A stretch of 64,000 bases of DNA from Candidatus Latescibacterota bacterium. GTDB taxonomy: Bacteria; Latescibacterota; UBA2968; GCA-2709665. Below are positions 10,061-20,434 of this stretch, in pieces. Positions within the stretch are counted from its first letter, which is position 1. Each line of letters opens with the position of its first letter. The position numbers and the translations under genes were made by a program. Below the pieces are notes generated by a model. It made no database searches and was not told the origin of the DNA. It saw nothing but the letters and a program-made list of their open reading frames with translations. Location: the NCBI GenBank assembly GCA_965248435.1, contig OZ252100.1:4736001-4800000 (forward strand), read 5' to 3'.

Positions 10061-11269
10061 CTAGACCTCTTTGTTAGACCTCAGTTCACGAAATATGCCC
10101 TGCAACTTCGCCCTGTCGTCCGACTCAAGACCTCGATAGGCCTCGAAGGTGAAGGCGAGCAGGACGCTCAGAACCAGACTGAGACCTGCCGCGAGGCAGA
10201 CCATGAGCGTCCGCCTGGGTTTGCTCCGAGTTTCCGGTGGCAGGGCACGGTCGAGCACGATGACGACTGCCGTCTCCTTCGCCTCCTCCAGACTTGACTT
10301 CTCGTACTCCTGTCGGACGAACTGGTAGATGGCGTTCTGGATTTCAACGTCTCGCAGATGTTGCATGGCCTGGAGCCCGAGGGCGGGGACTTCCCGGAAG
10401 GGGATGAAGATTTCAGGGAGCTCTCCGTTCGTCCCAACGTTCTGTTCCCCGGTCTGTTTCTCTGTCCCGAACCGGCCCATCAGAATTCGGTCCAGGGCCT
10501 CCTTTGCGCCGGAGATCTCCATGTCCAGCTGTTTCAATTGGGGGTGGTCGGGTTCCATCAGGCTGGCAGCCATTTCCCTTTTAATGACCAGTTCTCCAAA
10601 GGTCGTAAATAGGTTAGAGGCCAATTCGATCTGCGACTTTGCCTGGGACTCCAGGTCCAGGGCCATGTGCTCCTTTTGAAAGTCGTGATATGCCCGCTCT
10701 GCACCCCGCATCTGGCGCTTGGCTTCAACGAGTCGCTTCTCGAAATAGTCTCTGAGTCCTCCGGCTTGTTCCTGGCGCCTCGCCCGCAGTGCGAGATCCA
10801 GTTCTTCCACGAACGCGTTTGTGATGTCCGCGGAGAGGTGGGGCGTTTCATCTTCGTAGGAAACGGAAAGGAACTTTTCACGGGAGAGCTCCACCTCCAG
10901 ACGGTCGGCGACCATTTCGAAGAGTTCCTCGCGCGTTTCCGGTTCGTATCGCTCCGAAAGGTCGAATCGCCGGATTACGGCACCTGCCACGCGGTTGCTT
11001 TTTAGTACAGGCACGAAATCGGTCGCCGAGACAGCGCCCTCGCTCATCCCCAGAATTCCCATCGGGAGGTTGCCCAGGAGGCTCGACAGGCCGAAATTCT
11101 CCTGACTTTCCTTGGGAGGATAGACGACGGAATAGGCCCGGTAGGCTTCGGGGAGGACCAGGCTGATGATCGCCGTGATCAAAGAGACGGTCAGAATGAC
11201 GGACACGATCATCCGCCGCCACCTAACGATGACCTCGAGATGATCCAGCAGGTTCTTCTCGCGATCCAT
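10061..11269 (-). CDS. polysaccharide co-polymerase / chain-length determinant (Wzz/GumC-like, no kinase domain)
   Basis: Start re-set to ATG 11269, which overlaps the upstream stop as TGATG. 'NLLDHLEVIVRWRRMIV' plus TM, coiled-coil periplasmic region, HPQL, VLDRALPPETRSKPRR plus C-terminal TM. Confidence 0.85.
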   Translation of the reverse strand: MDREKNLLDHLEVIVRWRRMIVSVILTVSLITAIISLVLPEAYRAYSVVYPPKESQENFGLSSLLGNLPMGILGMSEGAVSATDFVPVLKSNRVAGAVIRRFDLSERYEPETREELFEMVADRLEVELSREKFLSVSYEDETPHLSADITNAFVEELDLALRARRQEQAGGLRDYFEKRLVEAKRQMRGAERAYHDFQKEHMALDLESQAKSQIELASNLFTTFGELVIKREMAASLMEPDHPQLKQLDMEISGAKEALDRILMGRFGTEKQTGEQNVGTNGELPEIFIPFREVPALGLQAMQHLRDVEIQNAIYQFVRQEYEKSSLEEAKETAVVIVLDRALPPETRSKPRRTLMVCLAAGLSLVLSVLLAFTFEAYRGLESDDRAKLQGIFRELRSNKEV

Positions 11270-12960
11270 CAGCGAATACTCCTGACGGCGATAACGAGCG
11301 TAGCGACCTGAGTGAGTACTAGCAGTGTTTCTCGGAAGAGGCGCCATGTCTCACCGGGCATTTTGCCCGGAACGTAGATCTCGTCCCCGGGATCAAGCCG
11401 GTTTACCTTGGAAGCGTCGATCCAGTTTCCCGTACTGGCCTTGATTACGATCACGTCGCCGGATTTGGCCCGCTCGTTGTACCCGCCCGCCCGGTCGATG
11501 TAGGTTCGAACAGCATAGGTAGAATCGAAAGGGATTGCGCCCGGGGTGATGACGAAACCGGTGACCAGTATAGAAGGGACCAGCTTGGGCACTCGGACGA
11601 TGTCATCCGCGTGCAGCGTGATGTTCTGTGAAGCGTCGTTTCCCACGAACAGGGCCACGAAGTCCACGGGGAGGCGGGCTCGTTCCTGCTGCGTTTTCAT
11701 GGATAGGTAGGTCCGCTGGTCCGGCGTCAAGATGGCCGGTGAGAGGGACTTGAGCCGGTTTGCCCTGTCTTGACCGCCCTCATACTGCACCTGGCGGAAC
11801 ACCGAGGCTTGGGCAAGCGAGGCATGGGGTGTGAACCCCCCCGCTTTTTGAATCAGGTCCCGAAGGGTAAGATCCGCTTCGAGGGGGAAAGATCCTGGAA
11901 AGTAGACCTCTCCTTCAACCGTGATTCGAGGCTTCAACCCCTCAACGTAGAGCTTGTCGTCCCTCTGGAGCTTCAGATCGGCACCCGAATCCCCGTTCAA
12001 AGCCTCGTGAAGGAAGACCTGCACGCGTTTTTCACTCTGCTCCTCTCTCGAAAGCCGCAGGAGTTCTCCCGCGGCGGCTGCCGAATCGGCGGTCAGACCG
12101 CCGGCCAACATAACAAGATTCGAGACCCGATCTCCCGAAACGAACTCGTAGTTTCCGGGCTGCTGAACAGAACCAGAAATGCTGACCGAGTCCCGCAGTG
12201 TCGGTACGTAGATCTGGTCTCCATCCAGAATGAACGGATTGTGGCCTATGTCACCAGTGATACGCCATAACGCCAGATCGGCCTTCTGGCCTGTCGGCTG
12301 CGAGATGCCGTTTTCGGATACCCTGTGGATCCGCACGTTTCGCTGAGAGGCCCTGCCATCTGGACCGCTCAGGAGGCCACCCGCTTTGGAGACGAGATCT
12401 GAGACCTGTTCAACGCCTTCAACCAGGTACGAACCCGGGAATTGGACCTCGCCAAGCACGTCCACGGGAAAGCTTCGAAGCCGGGTGAGGGTGACGTCGA
12501 TATCCAGATGTCGAAAACGGTTCTTGATCCCGGCCTTAATCTGCTCGTGCGCCTCCGAAAGGGATAACCCTGCAACTTCCACAGCCCCGACGTAAGGAAT
12601 GACAAGCCTGCCCTCCGCACCGATCAGGACCTCGAACACCTCCGGCTCCTCACCGCCATCGAGCAGGATCACGAACGTATCGCCCGGGCCCACGATATAC
12701 CGTCCAGATCGGATGACAGAGTCGTAGGCCGCCTTGCCGATACGCCCAACATCCATTTGAAAGAGGTCCTTCTGCTCGTCCCTGGCGGTCTGTCCTCGAG
12801 TTGAGAGTCCCCTGCCTCTCTGGGTTCTGCCTTTTGAGCTCCGCTGTGCAAATCCAAGCACGGGCTGGAAGATCAGGCCGAAGACGAGCAGCCAAACGAG
12901 GGTCTTCGATCCTGTCGATCGACTGTCCATCCTATGCGGATCTAAGCGTTTCGTGATCAT
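11269..12960 (-). CDS. polysaccharide export outer-membrane protein with multiple SLBB domains (Wza/KpsD-like)
   Basis: Signal peptide, YIVGPGD..EGRLVIPYVGAVEVAGLSL, repeated VxGEVxxPGxY..AGG SLBB units, PGDEIYVP. Alternative start at 12930. Confidence 0.88.
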   Translation of the reverse strand: MITKRLDPHRMDSRSTGSKTLVWLLVFGLIFQPVLGFAQRSSKGRTQRGRGLSTRGQTARDEQKDLFQMDVGRIGKAAYDSVIRSGRYIVGPGDTFVILLDGGEEPEVFEVLIGAEGRLVIPYVGAVEVAGLSLSEAHEQIKAGIKNRFRHLDIDVTLTRLRSFPVDVLGEVQFPGSYLVEGVEQVSDLVSKAGGLLSGPDGRASQRNVRIHRVSENGISQPTGQKADLALWRITGDIGHNPFILDGDQIYVPTLRDSVSISGSVQQPGNYEFVSGDRVSNLVMLAGGLTADSAAAAGELLRLSREEQSEKRVQVFLHEALNGDSGADLKLQRDDKLYVEGLKPRITVEGEVYFPGSFPLEADLTLRDLIQKAGGFTPHASLAQASVFRQVQYEGGQDRANRLKSLSPAILTPDQRTYLSMKTQQERARLPVDFVALFVGNDASQNITLHADDIVRVPKLVPSILVTGFVITPGAIPFDSTYAVRTYIDRAGGYNERAKSGDVIVIKASTGNWIDASKVNRLDPGDEIYVPGKMPGETWRLFRETLLVLTQVATLVIAVRSIR

Positions 12961-13856
12961 TCGATCATCACTCCATCAGGATCGACTTCCAGTACAAGTC
13001 CGTCCGCCTCAACGCCCTCTCGTTTCCAGGCATCGACCATCGCTTCCTTTATGGTTTCGGTGTCTGCGGTCGCGAATGCAAGGAGGGATGGTCCTGCGCC
13101 GCTGAGACACGTCCCCAGCGCTCCGGCCTTCCGGGCGGCCGACAGAACGGCCTCGAAGCCCGGTATGAAAGGCGCGCGATAAGGCTCATGAAGACGGTCT
13201 TGCATGGCCCGACGGAGTACTGTGAGGTCTCCAGTGACGAGCGCAGCCGTCAACAAGCAGGCCTGGTTGACGTTCGTGGTGGCCTCACGGTGCGAGACCT
13301 GCTTTGGAAGGGCGGCTCTCGCCGCCTTGGTCTCGAGCTCGAATTGAGGAACCGCGACAACGGCTCTGAGCTCGGCAGGGGGCAGAGCCCGTATCACTTC
13401 GGTCCCCTTGCCCACGACGGAACAGATCGTAAGACCACCGATCAAGCAGGCGGACACGTTGTCGGGATGTCCCTCGATCTCTGTCGCCAGATCGAGCAGT
13501 TCGGGCTCTGACAAGGACCTTTCGAAAAGGTGATTTGCGGCGACGAGACCCGCGACGATCGCGGTGGAACTGCTGCCGAGCCCTCTTGCCAGGGGGACCT
13601 CGTTGTGCATTTCCACGTCGAGCCCCGGCAGCACCTTACCGATCCTCGAGGCGGCAGCTGATGCGGCCTGGTAGAAGAGGTTCTGTTCGTCTCCAGGAAG
13701 TACGCCTGCCCCTTCGCCTGTGACTGAGATGCGCGCGCCGGCGTGTGAGGTGGTCTTTATCGTGAGCTGGTTGTAAATGGTGAGCGCCAGGCCGAGGGTA
13801 TCAAACCCCGGCCCGAGGTTCGAGGTTGAACCAGGGACCCTAAATCGAATTTCCAT
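12957..13856 (-). CDS. thrB: homoserine kinase
   Basis: VPGSTSNLGPGFDTLGLAL, VPLARGLGSSS, EGHPDNV, DRLHEPYR, LSGAGPS. Confidence 0.96.
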   Translation of the reverse strand: MEIRFRVPGSTSNLGPGFDTLGLALTIYNQLTIKTTSHAGARISVTGEGAGVLPGDEQNLFYQAASAAASRIGKVLPGLDVEMHNEVPLARGLGSSSTAIVAGLVAANHLFERSLSEPELLDLATEIEGHPDNVSACLIGGLTICSVVGKGTEVIRALPPAELRAVVAVPQFELETKAARAALPKQVSHREATTNVNQACLLTAALVTGDLTVLRRAMQDRLHEPYRAPFIPGFEAVLSAARKAGALGTCLSGAGPSLLAFATADTETIKEAMVDAWKREGVEADGLVLEVDPDGVMIE

Positions 13857-14965
13857 CAGGCATCCCTCACCAATTCCAGAGAGACGGAGTCGGCCAGCAA
13901 GAGCCCCTGTCGCGTCAGCCGAACGTTTTGCCCATCGAGCTCCAGAAGGTTTTGTGACAGTAGCCGGTCGAATTGTGGACTTTCGCGCAAGACCTCCTGA
14001 GCGACGCCCTGCCTTTGTCGTAGGCCAAGCATAACGCTTTCCAGATGACGGTCCGCGTCCGAGATCACTTCACAGCCAGCCACGGCCTTCCCCGAGGACG
14101 CTACTTCCCCAAGATAAGCAGACAAATCCCGAGTATTCCAGGACCTGCGGCCGTTCAGGAAGGAATGCGCCGAAAGTCCGATGCCCAGGTAGTCATTCCG
14201 ATCCCAACAGGCGAGGTTGTGTTGAGATGCGAAACCGGGCAGGGCAAAGTTAGAGACCTCATATTGGATGTAGCCGGCCTCGGACAGCCTGTCGAGCGTG
14301 TGCTCATAGAACTCGGCTTGTGCATCTTCCGAGGGGAGAGGAAGGCGACCCTTCTGGAAACGCCTCCAGAAGGCTGTTCCCGGCTCCACCGTAAGGCCGT
14401 AGATCGAGAGGTGCTCTGGACCGAGATGGATGGCCGACTCGAGTGTCGACTGCCACTCGTGAGCGGTCTGGTCAGGCGCCCCGAAGATGAGATCGATGTT
14501 GACATTTCGGAAGCCGGCTTCCCGAGCGGCACGAAACGCAGCGATCGCATCGGCCGAAGTGTGGTTCCGACCGAGGGCCTTGAGAGCTCGGTCATTCATC
14601 GCTTGAACTCCGAGGCTCAGGCGGTTGATCCCAATTTTTGCCAGGCCCCTGAATGACTGCAGGTCTCCGGGATTGGCCTCAAGGGTGATCTCCGCGTCTT
14701 GAAGGACCGTCGCCTCGCGTTCCAGGACGTCAGCCAGGCGCTTAACAGAATCAACGGGGATTGCAGAGGGTGTCCCTCCACCGAAGTAGACCGTCTGGAA
14801 CATCGGGTCCGGGCCGAGTTCAACCGACCGAACGTTAAACTCAAGGATGAGTGCATCGACGTAGCGGTCAACCAGGTGACGATTGCCCACGACGAAGGCG
14901 AAGTCACAGTATGGACAGGCCGAGGCGCAGAAGGGGATGTGTATGTAGAGACCTGAAGACGTCAT
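13856..14965 (-). CDS. hemW: radical SAM heme chaperone HemW (HemN-like)
   Basis: LYIHIPFCASACPYCDF (CxxxCxxC), YFGGGTPS, EITLEANP, NRLSLGVQ, YEVSNFA, HNL. The lepA-hemW neighbourhood is typical. Confidence 0.92.
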   Translation of the reverse strand: MTSSGLYIHIPFCASACPYCDFAFVVGNRHLVDRYVDALILEFNVRSVELGPDPMFQTVYFGGGTPSAIPVDSVKRLADVLEREATVLQDAEITLEANPGDLQSFRGLAKIGINRLSLGVQAMNDRALKALGRNHTSADAIAAFRAAREAGFRNVNIDLIFGAPDQTAHEWQSTLESAIHLGPEHLSIYGLTVEPGTAFWRRFQKGRLPLPSEDAQAEFYEHTLDRLSEAGYIQYEVSNFALPGFASQHNLACWDRNDYLGIGLSAHSFLNGRRSWNTRDLSAYLGEVASSGKAVAGCEVISDADRHLESVMLGLRQRQGVAQEVLRESPQFDRLLSQNLLELDGQNVRLTRQGLLLADSVSLELVRDA

Positions 14966-14977
14966 GGGTCTGTGTTC

Positions 14978-15700
14978 TCAGTTAACGACCCTGCCGATCC
15001 TCTTCCATCGGACCCGGCTCGGGAAGTGGAGAATATTGTAGAACAGTATCTTCGGGATCGAAAACAGACCTTCGTACTCGGGCGCATCTGCATCGGGGGC
15101 CCAAGACCCGTAGATGATGAAGGCTTTTCCTCTAATGAATTTATAGGGAAGTAAGCCCCAGTAGCGGCTGTCTTCGCTGTTATCGCGATTGTCGCCCATC
15201 ATGAAGAAGTGACCGGGCGGAACCACGATCGGCCCGAAGTTATCCCGCTTACCGTTGCGATGGCCCTTGGGGAGCGGAGCCCCCTTTGCCGTGTATTTGG
15301 AAAGAGGTGGATCGACTGCCCGCTCCCCATTCACGTAGGGCACCTTTCGAACCTCTACCGTCTGACCGGGACCGGCGATGCATCGCTTGATAAAGTCCCG
15401 GCTGGGATCGTCCGGATACTGAAAGATGACGATGTCCCCCGGCTCGGGTTCACGGAAGGCCGGCAGCCTCCATTCCGTGAACGGGACCTTGGCGCCGAAG
15501 ATGAATTTGTTGGCAAGAAGAAAGTCCCCCACGAGGAGTGTATCTTCCATCGACGACGAGGGGATACGAAAGGCCTGCACAAGGAATGTCCGGAGGACGA
15601 AGACCAAAACGACGGCAACCAGAATAACTTCAAGGTACTCCCTAACCAGGGACTTTTTTCGCGGTTTCGCTTTCCTTCTCCCGGATCTTTTCTTTGCCAT
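14978..15700 (-). CDS. lepB: signal peptidase I
   Basis: TM, then IPSSSMEDTLLVGD (catalytic Ser), DFIKRC (catalytic Lys), FMMGDNRDNSEDSRYWG. Lies directly after lepA. Confidence 0.95.
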   Translation of the reverse strand: MAKKRSGRRKAKPRKKSLVREYLEVILVAVVLVFVLRTFLVQAFRIPSSSMEDTLLVGDFLLANKFIFGAKVPFTEWRLPAFREPEPGDIVIFQYPDDPSRDFIKRCIAGPGQTVEVRKVPYVNGERAVDPPLSKYTAKGAPLPKGHRNGKRDNFGPIVVPPGHFFMMGDNRDNSEDSRYWGLLPYKFIRGKAFIIYGSWAPDADAPEYEGLFSIPKILFYNILHFPSRVRWKRIGRVVN

Positions 15701-15721
15701 CGTGCCCTAAATCGGTTCTCC

Positions 15722-17521
15722 TCAATCACCCATCTTCAATACGGCCAGGAAGGCCTCCTGCGGAATTTCGACGTTGCCGACCTGTTTCATTCTCCTCTTT
15801 CCCTCTTTTTGTCTTTCGAGGAGCTTCCTCTTTCTTGTCACATCTCCACCGTAGCACTTGGCCGTCACGTTCTTTCGGAAGGGCCTCACCGATTGTCTGG
15901 CGATGATCCTGCTGCCGATTGCAGCCTGGATGACGACTTCGAACATCTGGCGGGGAATCAATTCCTTCAGCTTTTCACACATCGCCCTTCCCCAGGCCTG
16001 GACCTTATCCCGGTGCACGATCGCTGAAAGCGCATCGACCGGATCGCCGTTGATGAGCAGGTCGAATTTGACCATTTTCGATGGTCTGTGCGCCTTGTAT
16101 TCGTAATCGAAAGAGGCGTACCCCCTGGTGACGGATTTCAGTCGATCGTAGAAATCGAACACGATCTCCGACAGGGGGAGTTCATAGCGAAGGAGCCCGC
16201 GAGTAGGGTCGATATAATCTGTTGTCAGATATTTTCCTCGGCGGTCCTGCGCGAGTCGCATCACGTTTCCCATGTATTCCGTGGGTACGAGAATCTGGGC
16301 ATCGAGGATCGGTTCACTGATCTCATCGATGCTTCCCGCATCGGGCATTTCTGTCGGGTTGTTGACTTCCCTCACTTCTCCGTCTGTGAGCCTTACACGG
16401 TACTCGACGTTCGGTACGGTCGTGATGATGTCCATGTCGAATTCCCGGGCGAGGCGTTCCTGAACGATCTCCATATGAAGGAGCCCGAGGAAGCCGCATC
16501 GGAAACCGAAACCGAGGGCATTGGAGGTTTCAGGTTCGTATCTGAGCGAGGCGTCATTCAGGCCGAGCTTTTCAAGGGCCGAACGCAGGCCGTCGTAATG
16601 GTCGGAATTGAGGGGATAGATTCCGGCGAAGACCATCGGTTTGACTTCCTTGTAACCTGCCAGAGGTTCGCATGCGGGGTTGTCAGCGCTCGTGACCGTG
16701 TCTCCCACGTGAACATATTTCAGGTCTTTGACCCCGGCTATCAGATAGCCGACCTCGCCGGCCCTAAGCCGCTTCTGCCTCAACCGCCCCAACTTAAGGG
16801 TCCCGGTCTCCTCGGCAGAGTAGATTTGATCGGTGGAGAAGAAGCGTATAGGCATTCCTTCCTCCAGGGTGCCGTCGAAGATTCTGACATAGGCCACAGC
16901 GCCCCTGTAGCGGTCGAAAATGGAGTCGAAGACGAGGGCCCGTAAAGGCTCGCCGGGATCGCCCTGGGGAGGCGGGACGCGTTCGATGATCGCATGCAGG
17001 ACCTCATCGATCCCGATTCCATCCTTGGCACTAATTTCAAGGATTTCTTCCCTGTCAACTTCCAGGAGTCCCTGGATCTCCGATGCTACCCGATCCACCT
17101 CGGCGCTGGGCAGGTCGATCTTGTTGATCACCGGGATGATCGCCAGGTCATTCTCGAGGGCCAGGAGTACGTTGCTCACTGTCTGGGCCTCGACGCCCTG
17201 CGCGGCATCGACGAGCAGCAGTGCACCCTCGCAGGCTGCCATGCTGCGAGAGACTTCATAGGAGAAGTCGACGTGCCCGGGGGTATCGATCAGGTTGAGG
17301 AGATACGCTTCGCCGTTGGAGGTCTGATATTCCATACGAACGGCGTGGGATTTGATCGTGATTCCCCGCTCTCGCTCCAGGTCCATGTCGTCCAGGACCT
17401 GGTCCACCATTTCCTTTTGGGACAGGGTAAGGGTGCGCTCCAGAAGCCTGTCCGCAAGCGTGGACTTTCCGTGGTCGATATGGGCAATAATCGAAAAGTT
17501 TCGGATTCGTTCGGCGTTCAT
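15722..17521 (-). CDS. lepA: translation elongation factor 4 (LepA)
   Basis: [58 protein letters not shown]. Confidence 0.98.
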   Translation of the reverse strand: MNAERIRNFSIIAHIDHGKSTLADRLLERTLTLSQKEMVDQVLDDMDLERERGITIKSHAVRMEYQTSNGEAYLLNLIDTPGHVDFSYEVSRSMAACEGALLLVDAAQGVEAQTVSNVLLALENDLAIIPVINKIDLPSAEVDRVASEIQGLLEVDREEILEISAKDGIGIDEVLHAIIERVPPPQGDPGEPLRALVFDSIFDRYRGAVAYVRIFDGTLEEGMPIRFFSTDQIYSAEETGTLKLGRLRQKRLRAGEVGYLIAGVKDLKYVHVGDTVTSADNPACEPLAGYKEVKPMVFAGIYPLNSDHYDGLRSALEKLGLNDASLRYEPETSNALGFGFRCGFLGLLHMEIVQERLAREFDMDIITTVPNVEYRVRLTDGEVREVNNPTEMPDAGSIDEISEPILDAQILVPTEYMGNVMRLAQDRRGKYLTTDYIDPTRGLLRYELPLSEIVFDFYDRLKSVTRGYASFDYEYKAHRPSKMVKFDLLINGDPVDALSAIVHRDKVQAWGRAMCEKLKELIPRQMFEVVIQAAIGSRIIARQSVRPFRKNVTAKCYGGDVTRKRKLLERQKEGKRRMKQVGNVEIPQEAFLAVLKMGD

Positions 17522-17579
17522 TGAGTAGTGGCAAGTCTAAGAAACACAATTGCATAAACACGAATGACTCAAGCTAAAA

Positions 17580-17608
17580 AATATACTCTCTTCCCAAGAT
17601 CAAGTCAA
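17580..17608 (-). promoter_or_regulatory. sigma70-type promoter for the lepA operon
   Basis: Minus strand TTGACT, 17-nt spacer, TATATT. Confidence 0.6.
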
Positions 17609-17617
17609 CGAAAAGAG

Positions 17618-17647
17618 TTGACACTCAAGAAGATGTAAAGGTATATT
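17618..17647 (+). promoter_or_regulatory. sigma70-type promoter for the OSBS/NAAAR gene, back-to-back with the lepA promoter
   Basis: TTGACA, 18-nt spacer, TATATT. Confidence 0.6.
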
Positions 17648-17787
17648 GGAAATTTTGATCGCGAATTTCGGTTTGTGGATACCGAGACAGCAAAGCACGG
17701 ATAGCCCGAACCCTGTGGATCCGTGGATCGTCGGTCGTCGCTTGTCAACCCGCAAGCCTAAACCCGCAGCAGGACGAGGTTTCTTAG

Positions 17788-18900
17788 ATGAAAATCGAGT
17801 CGGCTGAAATTCGTTACGTCGAACTGCCACTGATCAGCCCGTGGCGAACCGCTTACGGAGAAGATCCCACGATTCACTCGGTGATCGTCAAGTTTTCAAG
17901 CGGTGGGGCAGATGCGTGGGGAGAGTCGACGCCATTCTACGCCCCGACCTATTCACCGGAGAATGCCGCCTCGGTCTACGATCTATGCAAGGAGTTCTTT
18001 CTCCCGAGAATCGTCGGGCAGGAGATCGAGTCAGCCACCGATCTCGAGAGACGGATTGGCGCTTTTAAGGGAAACCCCTTCGCGAAGGCGGCGGTTGAGA
18101 CCACCTGGTGGTCACTCCACAGCAAACTGCTCGGCGAGCCGTTGTGGCGGGTACTCGGAGGAAAAGAGCCTATCGTGAAGTGCGGAGCCGATTTTGGGAT
18201 CCAGAATTCCATCGACGAACTTCTGGAGTTGATACAGGGGGCCGTTGACGCCGGATACCCGAGGACAAAGCTGAAAGTTCGGCACGGTTGGGATATTGAG
18301 GTGCTTGAGGCGGTGCGGTCTTCGTTCCCCGACCACGTATTTCACATCGACTGTAACTCCGGCTACGATCTGGAAACGGACCTGCAGACACTCAAGGCGT
18401 TCGACCAGTTTAATCTTGCGATGATCGAGCAACCTCTGTTCCACACCGATCTGATCGAGCACGCCGAACTGCAAAGGCAGATTGAAACGCCCATCTGTCT
18501 GGACGAATCGATCAAGAGTCCGCGTGATTTCAGGCTTGCCCTTAAGATCGGGGCCTGCCAAGTGGTCAACGTCAAACCGGGACGCGTTGGTGGGTTGGAT
18601 AACTCTGTTCGAATCCACGACATGGCTTACAACGAAGGAACAGAGGCGTGGGTGGGCGGCATGCTGGAGAGCGGCGTAGGCGCAGGGATCTGTGCGGCGA
18701 TCGGAACGCTTCCCGGGTTTACCTACCCAGCGGACGTCTTTCCATCCTCAAGATTCTACAAAGAGGATATTACGGATAAATGGCTGGAACAGGACCCGGA
18801 CAATTGTGTGGTCCTGGACGAGACGCCGGGCGTAGGATTTGAGCCCGTTCCTAAACGGCTGGAGGCTGTTACGATAAAGAAGAAATTCTTCAAGAGTTAG
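17788..18900 (+). CDS. menC: o-succinylbenzoate synthase / N-acylamino acid racemase (enolase superfamily, NSAR/OSBS subfamily)
   Basis: PTYSPE, KGNPFAKAAVE, KLK (KxK), IDCNSGY, MIEQPL, CLDESI, NVKPGRVGGL, WVGGMLESGVG, PADVFPSSRFY. Confidence 0.85.
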   Translation: MKIESAEIRYVELPLISPWRTAYGEDPTIHSVIVKFSSGGADAWGESTPFYAPTYSPENAASVYDLCKEFFLPRIVGQEIESATDLERRIGAFKGNPFAKAAVETTWWSLHSKLLGEPLWRVLGGKEPIVKCGADFGIQNSIDELLELIQGAVDAGYPRTKLKVRHGWDIEVLEAVRSSFPDHVFHIDCNSGYDLETDLQTLKAFDQFNLAMIEQPLFHTDLIEHAELQRQIETPICLDESIKSPRDFRLALKIGACQVVNVKPGRVGGLDNSVRIHDMAYNEGTEAWVGGMLESGVGAGICAAIGTLPGFTYPADVFPSSRFYKEDITDKWLEQDPDNCVVLDETPGVGFEPVPKRLEAVTIKKKFFKS

Positions 18901-18933
18901 GTTTTGTGAAGCCATAAACGAAGGAGAAGTGAG

Positions 18934-19245
18934 ATGGAACTTGAAACATCTTCGGGGGATGAGAAGCGCGGGTCCGACCGCCTGCTACTGAGCTTGCCGG
19001 TTCGAGGCAAGGTGGGAACCGGCGAATTGATGGACTTCGAGGTTGTAGATATCAGTACAGGTGGCATGCAGATCAAGAGTTCAAACTTCGAAGTGATCAA
19101 AAAGGGGTTCGACGAGCAGCATAACAGCGCAGAGTTCGAGATCAGGATCGTTGGTCGGTTGGCGTGGGCCAAGATCGGTCTAGAGGACTCGTACCTGACG
19201 GGCTGGGAATTCGAAATGGAGGGGGGAGAGGTCAGAGTCGGATAA
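18934..19245 (+). CDS. stand-alone PilZ-domain protein
   Basis: 103 aa with both c-di-GMP-binding motifs, EKRGSDR (RxxxR) and DISTGG (DxSxxG), plus a GRLAW..GWEF beta pattern. Confidence 0.8.
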   Translation: MELETSSGDEKRGSDRLLLSLPVRGKVGTGELMDFEVVDISTGGMQIKSSNFEVIKKGFDEQHNSAEFEIRIVGRLAWAKIGLEDSYLTGWEFEMEGGEVRVG

Positions 19246-19336
19246 AAACCGTAGAGACTTGCCTTTTCCGGTCTCAAGTCCTTATATTAATCTAGGTTGA
19301 ACTGAACTCCCATCTCCCCCGAGCAAGGAACCGGAT

Positions 19337-19609
19337 ATGGAATGGTGGCTTCTTTGCATTGCTGCTGTGATCATAACGCTCGCGGCCAAAGGGCTTACGA
19401 CGGCTTGGGCTGAGCGATTGCGGGCAAACCTGGGCCTGAAACAGAGGGAGGCGCAGCGGGCCAAAGAGAAACTCCACGACGCTCGCGAGCAGCATAGAGA
19501 TTTGAGTCGCCTGAATAAGGAGAAGGCCAACAACCTGGCACGTCTTAAACGTGACGTGGCGGAGATGGAGAACAGAATCAAATCGATCAAGTCCCCAGAA
19601 GATGGGTAA
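19337..19609 (+). CDS. small membrane-anchored coiled-coil protein
   Basis: AAGGA RBS, N-terminal TM WWLLCIAAVIITLAA, then a charged heptad-rich helix. Confidence 0.7.
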   Translation: MEWWLLCIAAVIITLAAKGLTTAWAERLRANLGLKQREAQRAKEKLHDAREQHRDLSRLNKEKANNLARLKRDVAEMENRIKSIKSPEDG

Positions 19610-19661
19610 TAACACTTTGTAAATTATTACTTTGAGGAGTAGGACCGAAAGCACCGAATGA

Positions 19662-19692
19662 CCCATCGTCCTGAAAGGATGATGGGCTTTTT
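19662..19692 (+). terminator. intrinsic terminator
   Basis: CCCATCGTCCT-GAA-AGGATGATGGG (one G-U pair) followed by CTTTTT. Confidence 0.7.
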
Positions 19693-19800
19693 CGTGGTCT
19701 CTTTGACCGCTCTTCTTCTGCCCGTGATAAGCTGGCGGATTTCGGCCATGCGGCCGAGTCTTTTGATCGGTCATATCTCCAGGGAAACAACGCTTTTCTT

Positions 19801-19860
19801 TTTATAAACAACATGTTATTATTTATCTGTGGCAACCCTACTTTCGGCACAAAAGCTGCT
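19801..19860 (+). promoter_or_regulatory. putative sigma54 promoter with upstream IHF-like AT box
   Basis: CGGCAC-AAAAG-CTGCT (19845-19860) has GG-N10-GC spacing with one mismatch to TTGC. TTTATAAACAACATGTTA lies at 19801-19818. Confidence 0.5.
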
Positions 19861-19937
19861 TTCTAATAGGTCTGGATGAGCTGAGTTGCCGTGTATCCTG
19901 GCCTAGCCCTGAGGGAAGCCAGCTGAAGGAGCGACCG

Positions 19938-20315
19938 GTGAGAAAAATCCTTGTGATTGATGATGACCTACAGACCCGCCTAACCCTTCGAGCGGCCTTG
20001 GAGAGGTCGGGTTACGAGATTGTCGAGGCGTCCAATGGTGACGAGGGTCTTTGTCTGTTCCGGAAAGAGCGTGTCGATCTGGTGATCACCGATATTTTCA
20101 TGCCGGGAAAGGATGGCCTGGCGGTTATCGAAGAAATCCGCCGAGACCATCCAAAGGCGAAGATCATCTCCATTACGGGTGGCCGGGGGGACGACTGTGC
20201 ACGCGCCAAGGAATTAGGAGCGGTCCGCACCTTTGTGAAACCTTACGAGATGCAGGAGATTCTGGACGCGGTGGAGGTGGAAACGAGGGACCAAAGCACG
20301 CGGAGCCAGCACTAA
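19938..20315 (+). CDS. single-domain response regulator (CheY-like receiver)
   Basis: GTG start after GAAGGAG. KILVIDDD, DLVITDIFMPGKDG (phospho-Asp), ISITG, FVKPY. Confidence 0.92.
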   Translation: MRKILVIDDDLQTRLTLRAALERSGYEIVEASNGDEGLCLFRKERVDLVITDIFMPGKDGLAVIEEIRRDHPKAKIISITGGRGDDCARAKELGAVRTFVKPYEMQEILDAVEVETRDQSTRSQH

Positions 20316-20434
20316 GGCTTGCCTTCTCCGCCGTGAATCTACAGGATCTTAGGAGCGATTGACCGTTTGGCTTTATGAAGTATATTTTTGAATGTCAGCA
20401 GAAGCAATAATCCTGCATTCGACCGAGATGCCTT

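Noticed and set aside
19658-19807. 49-codon hydrophobic ORF MTHRPERMMGFFVVSLTALLLPVISW considered as a type I toxin
   Set aside because: It starts in a terminator hairpin and runs through the promoter region, and the RBS spacing is poor.
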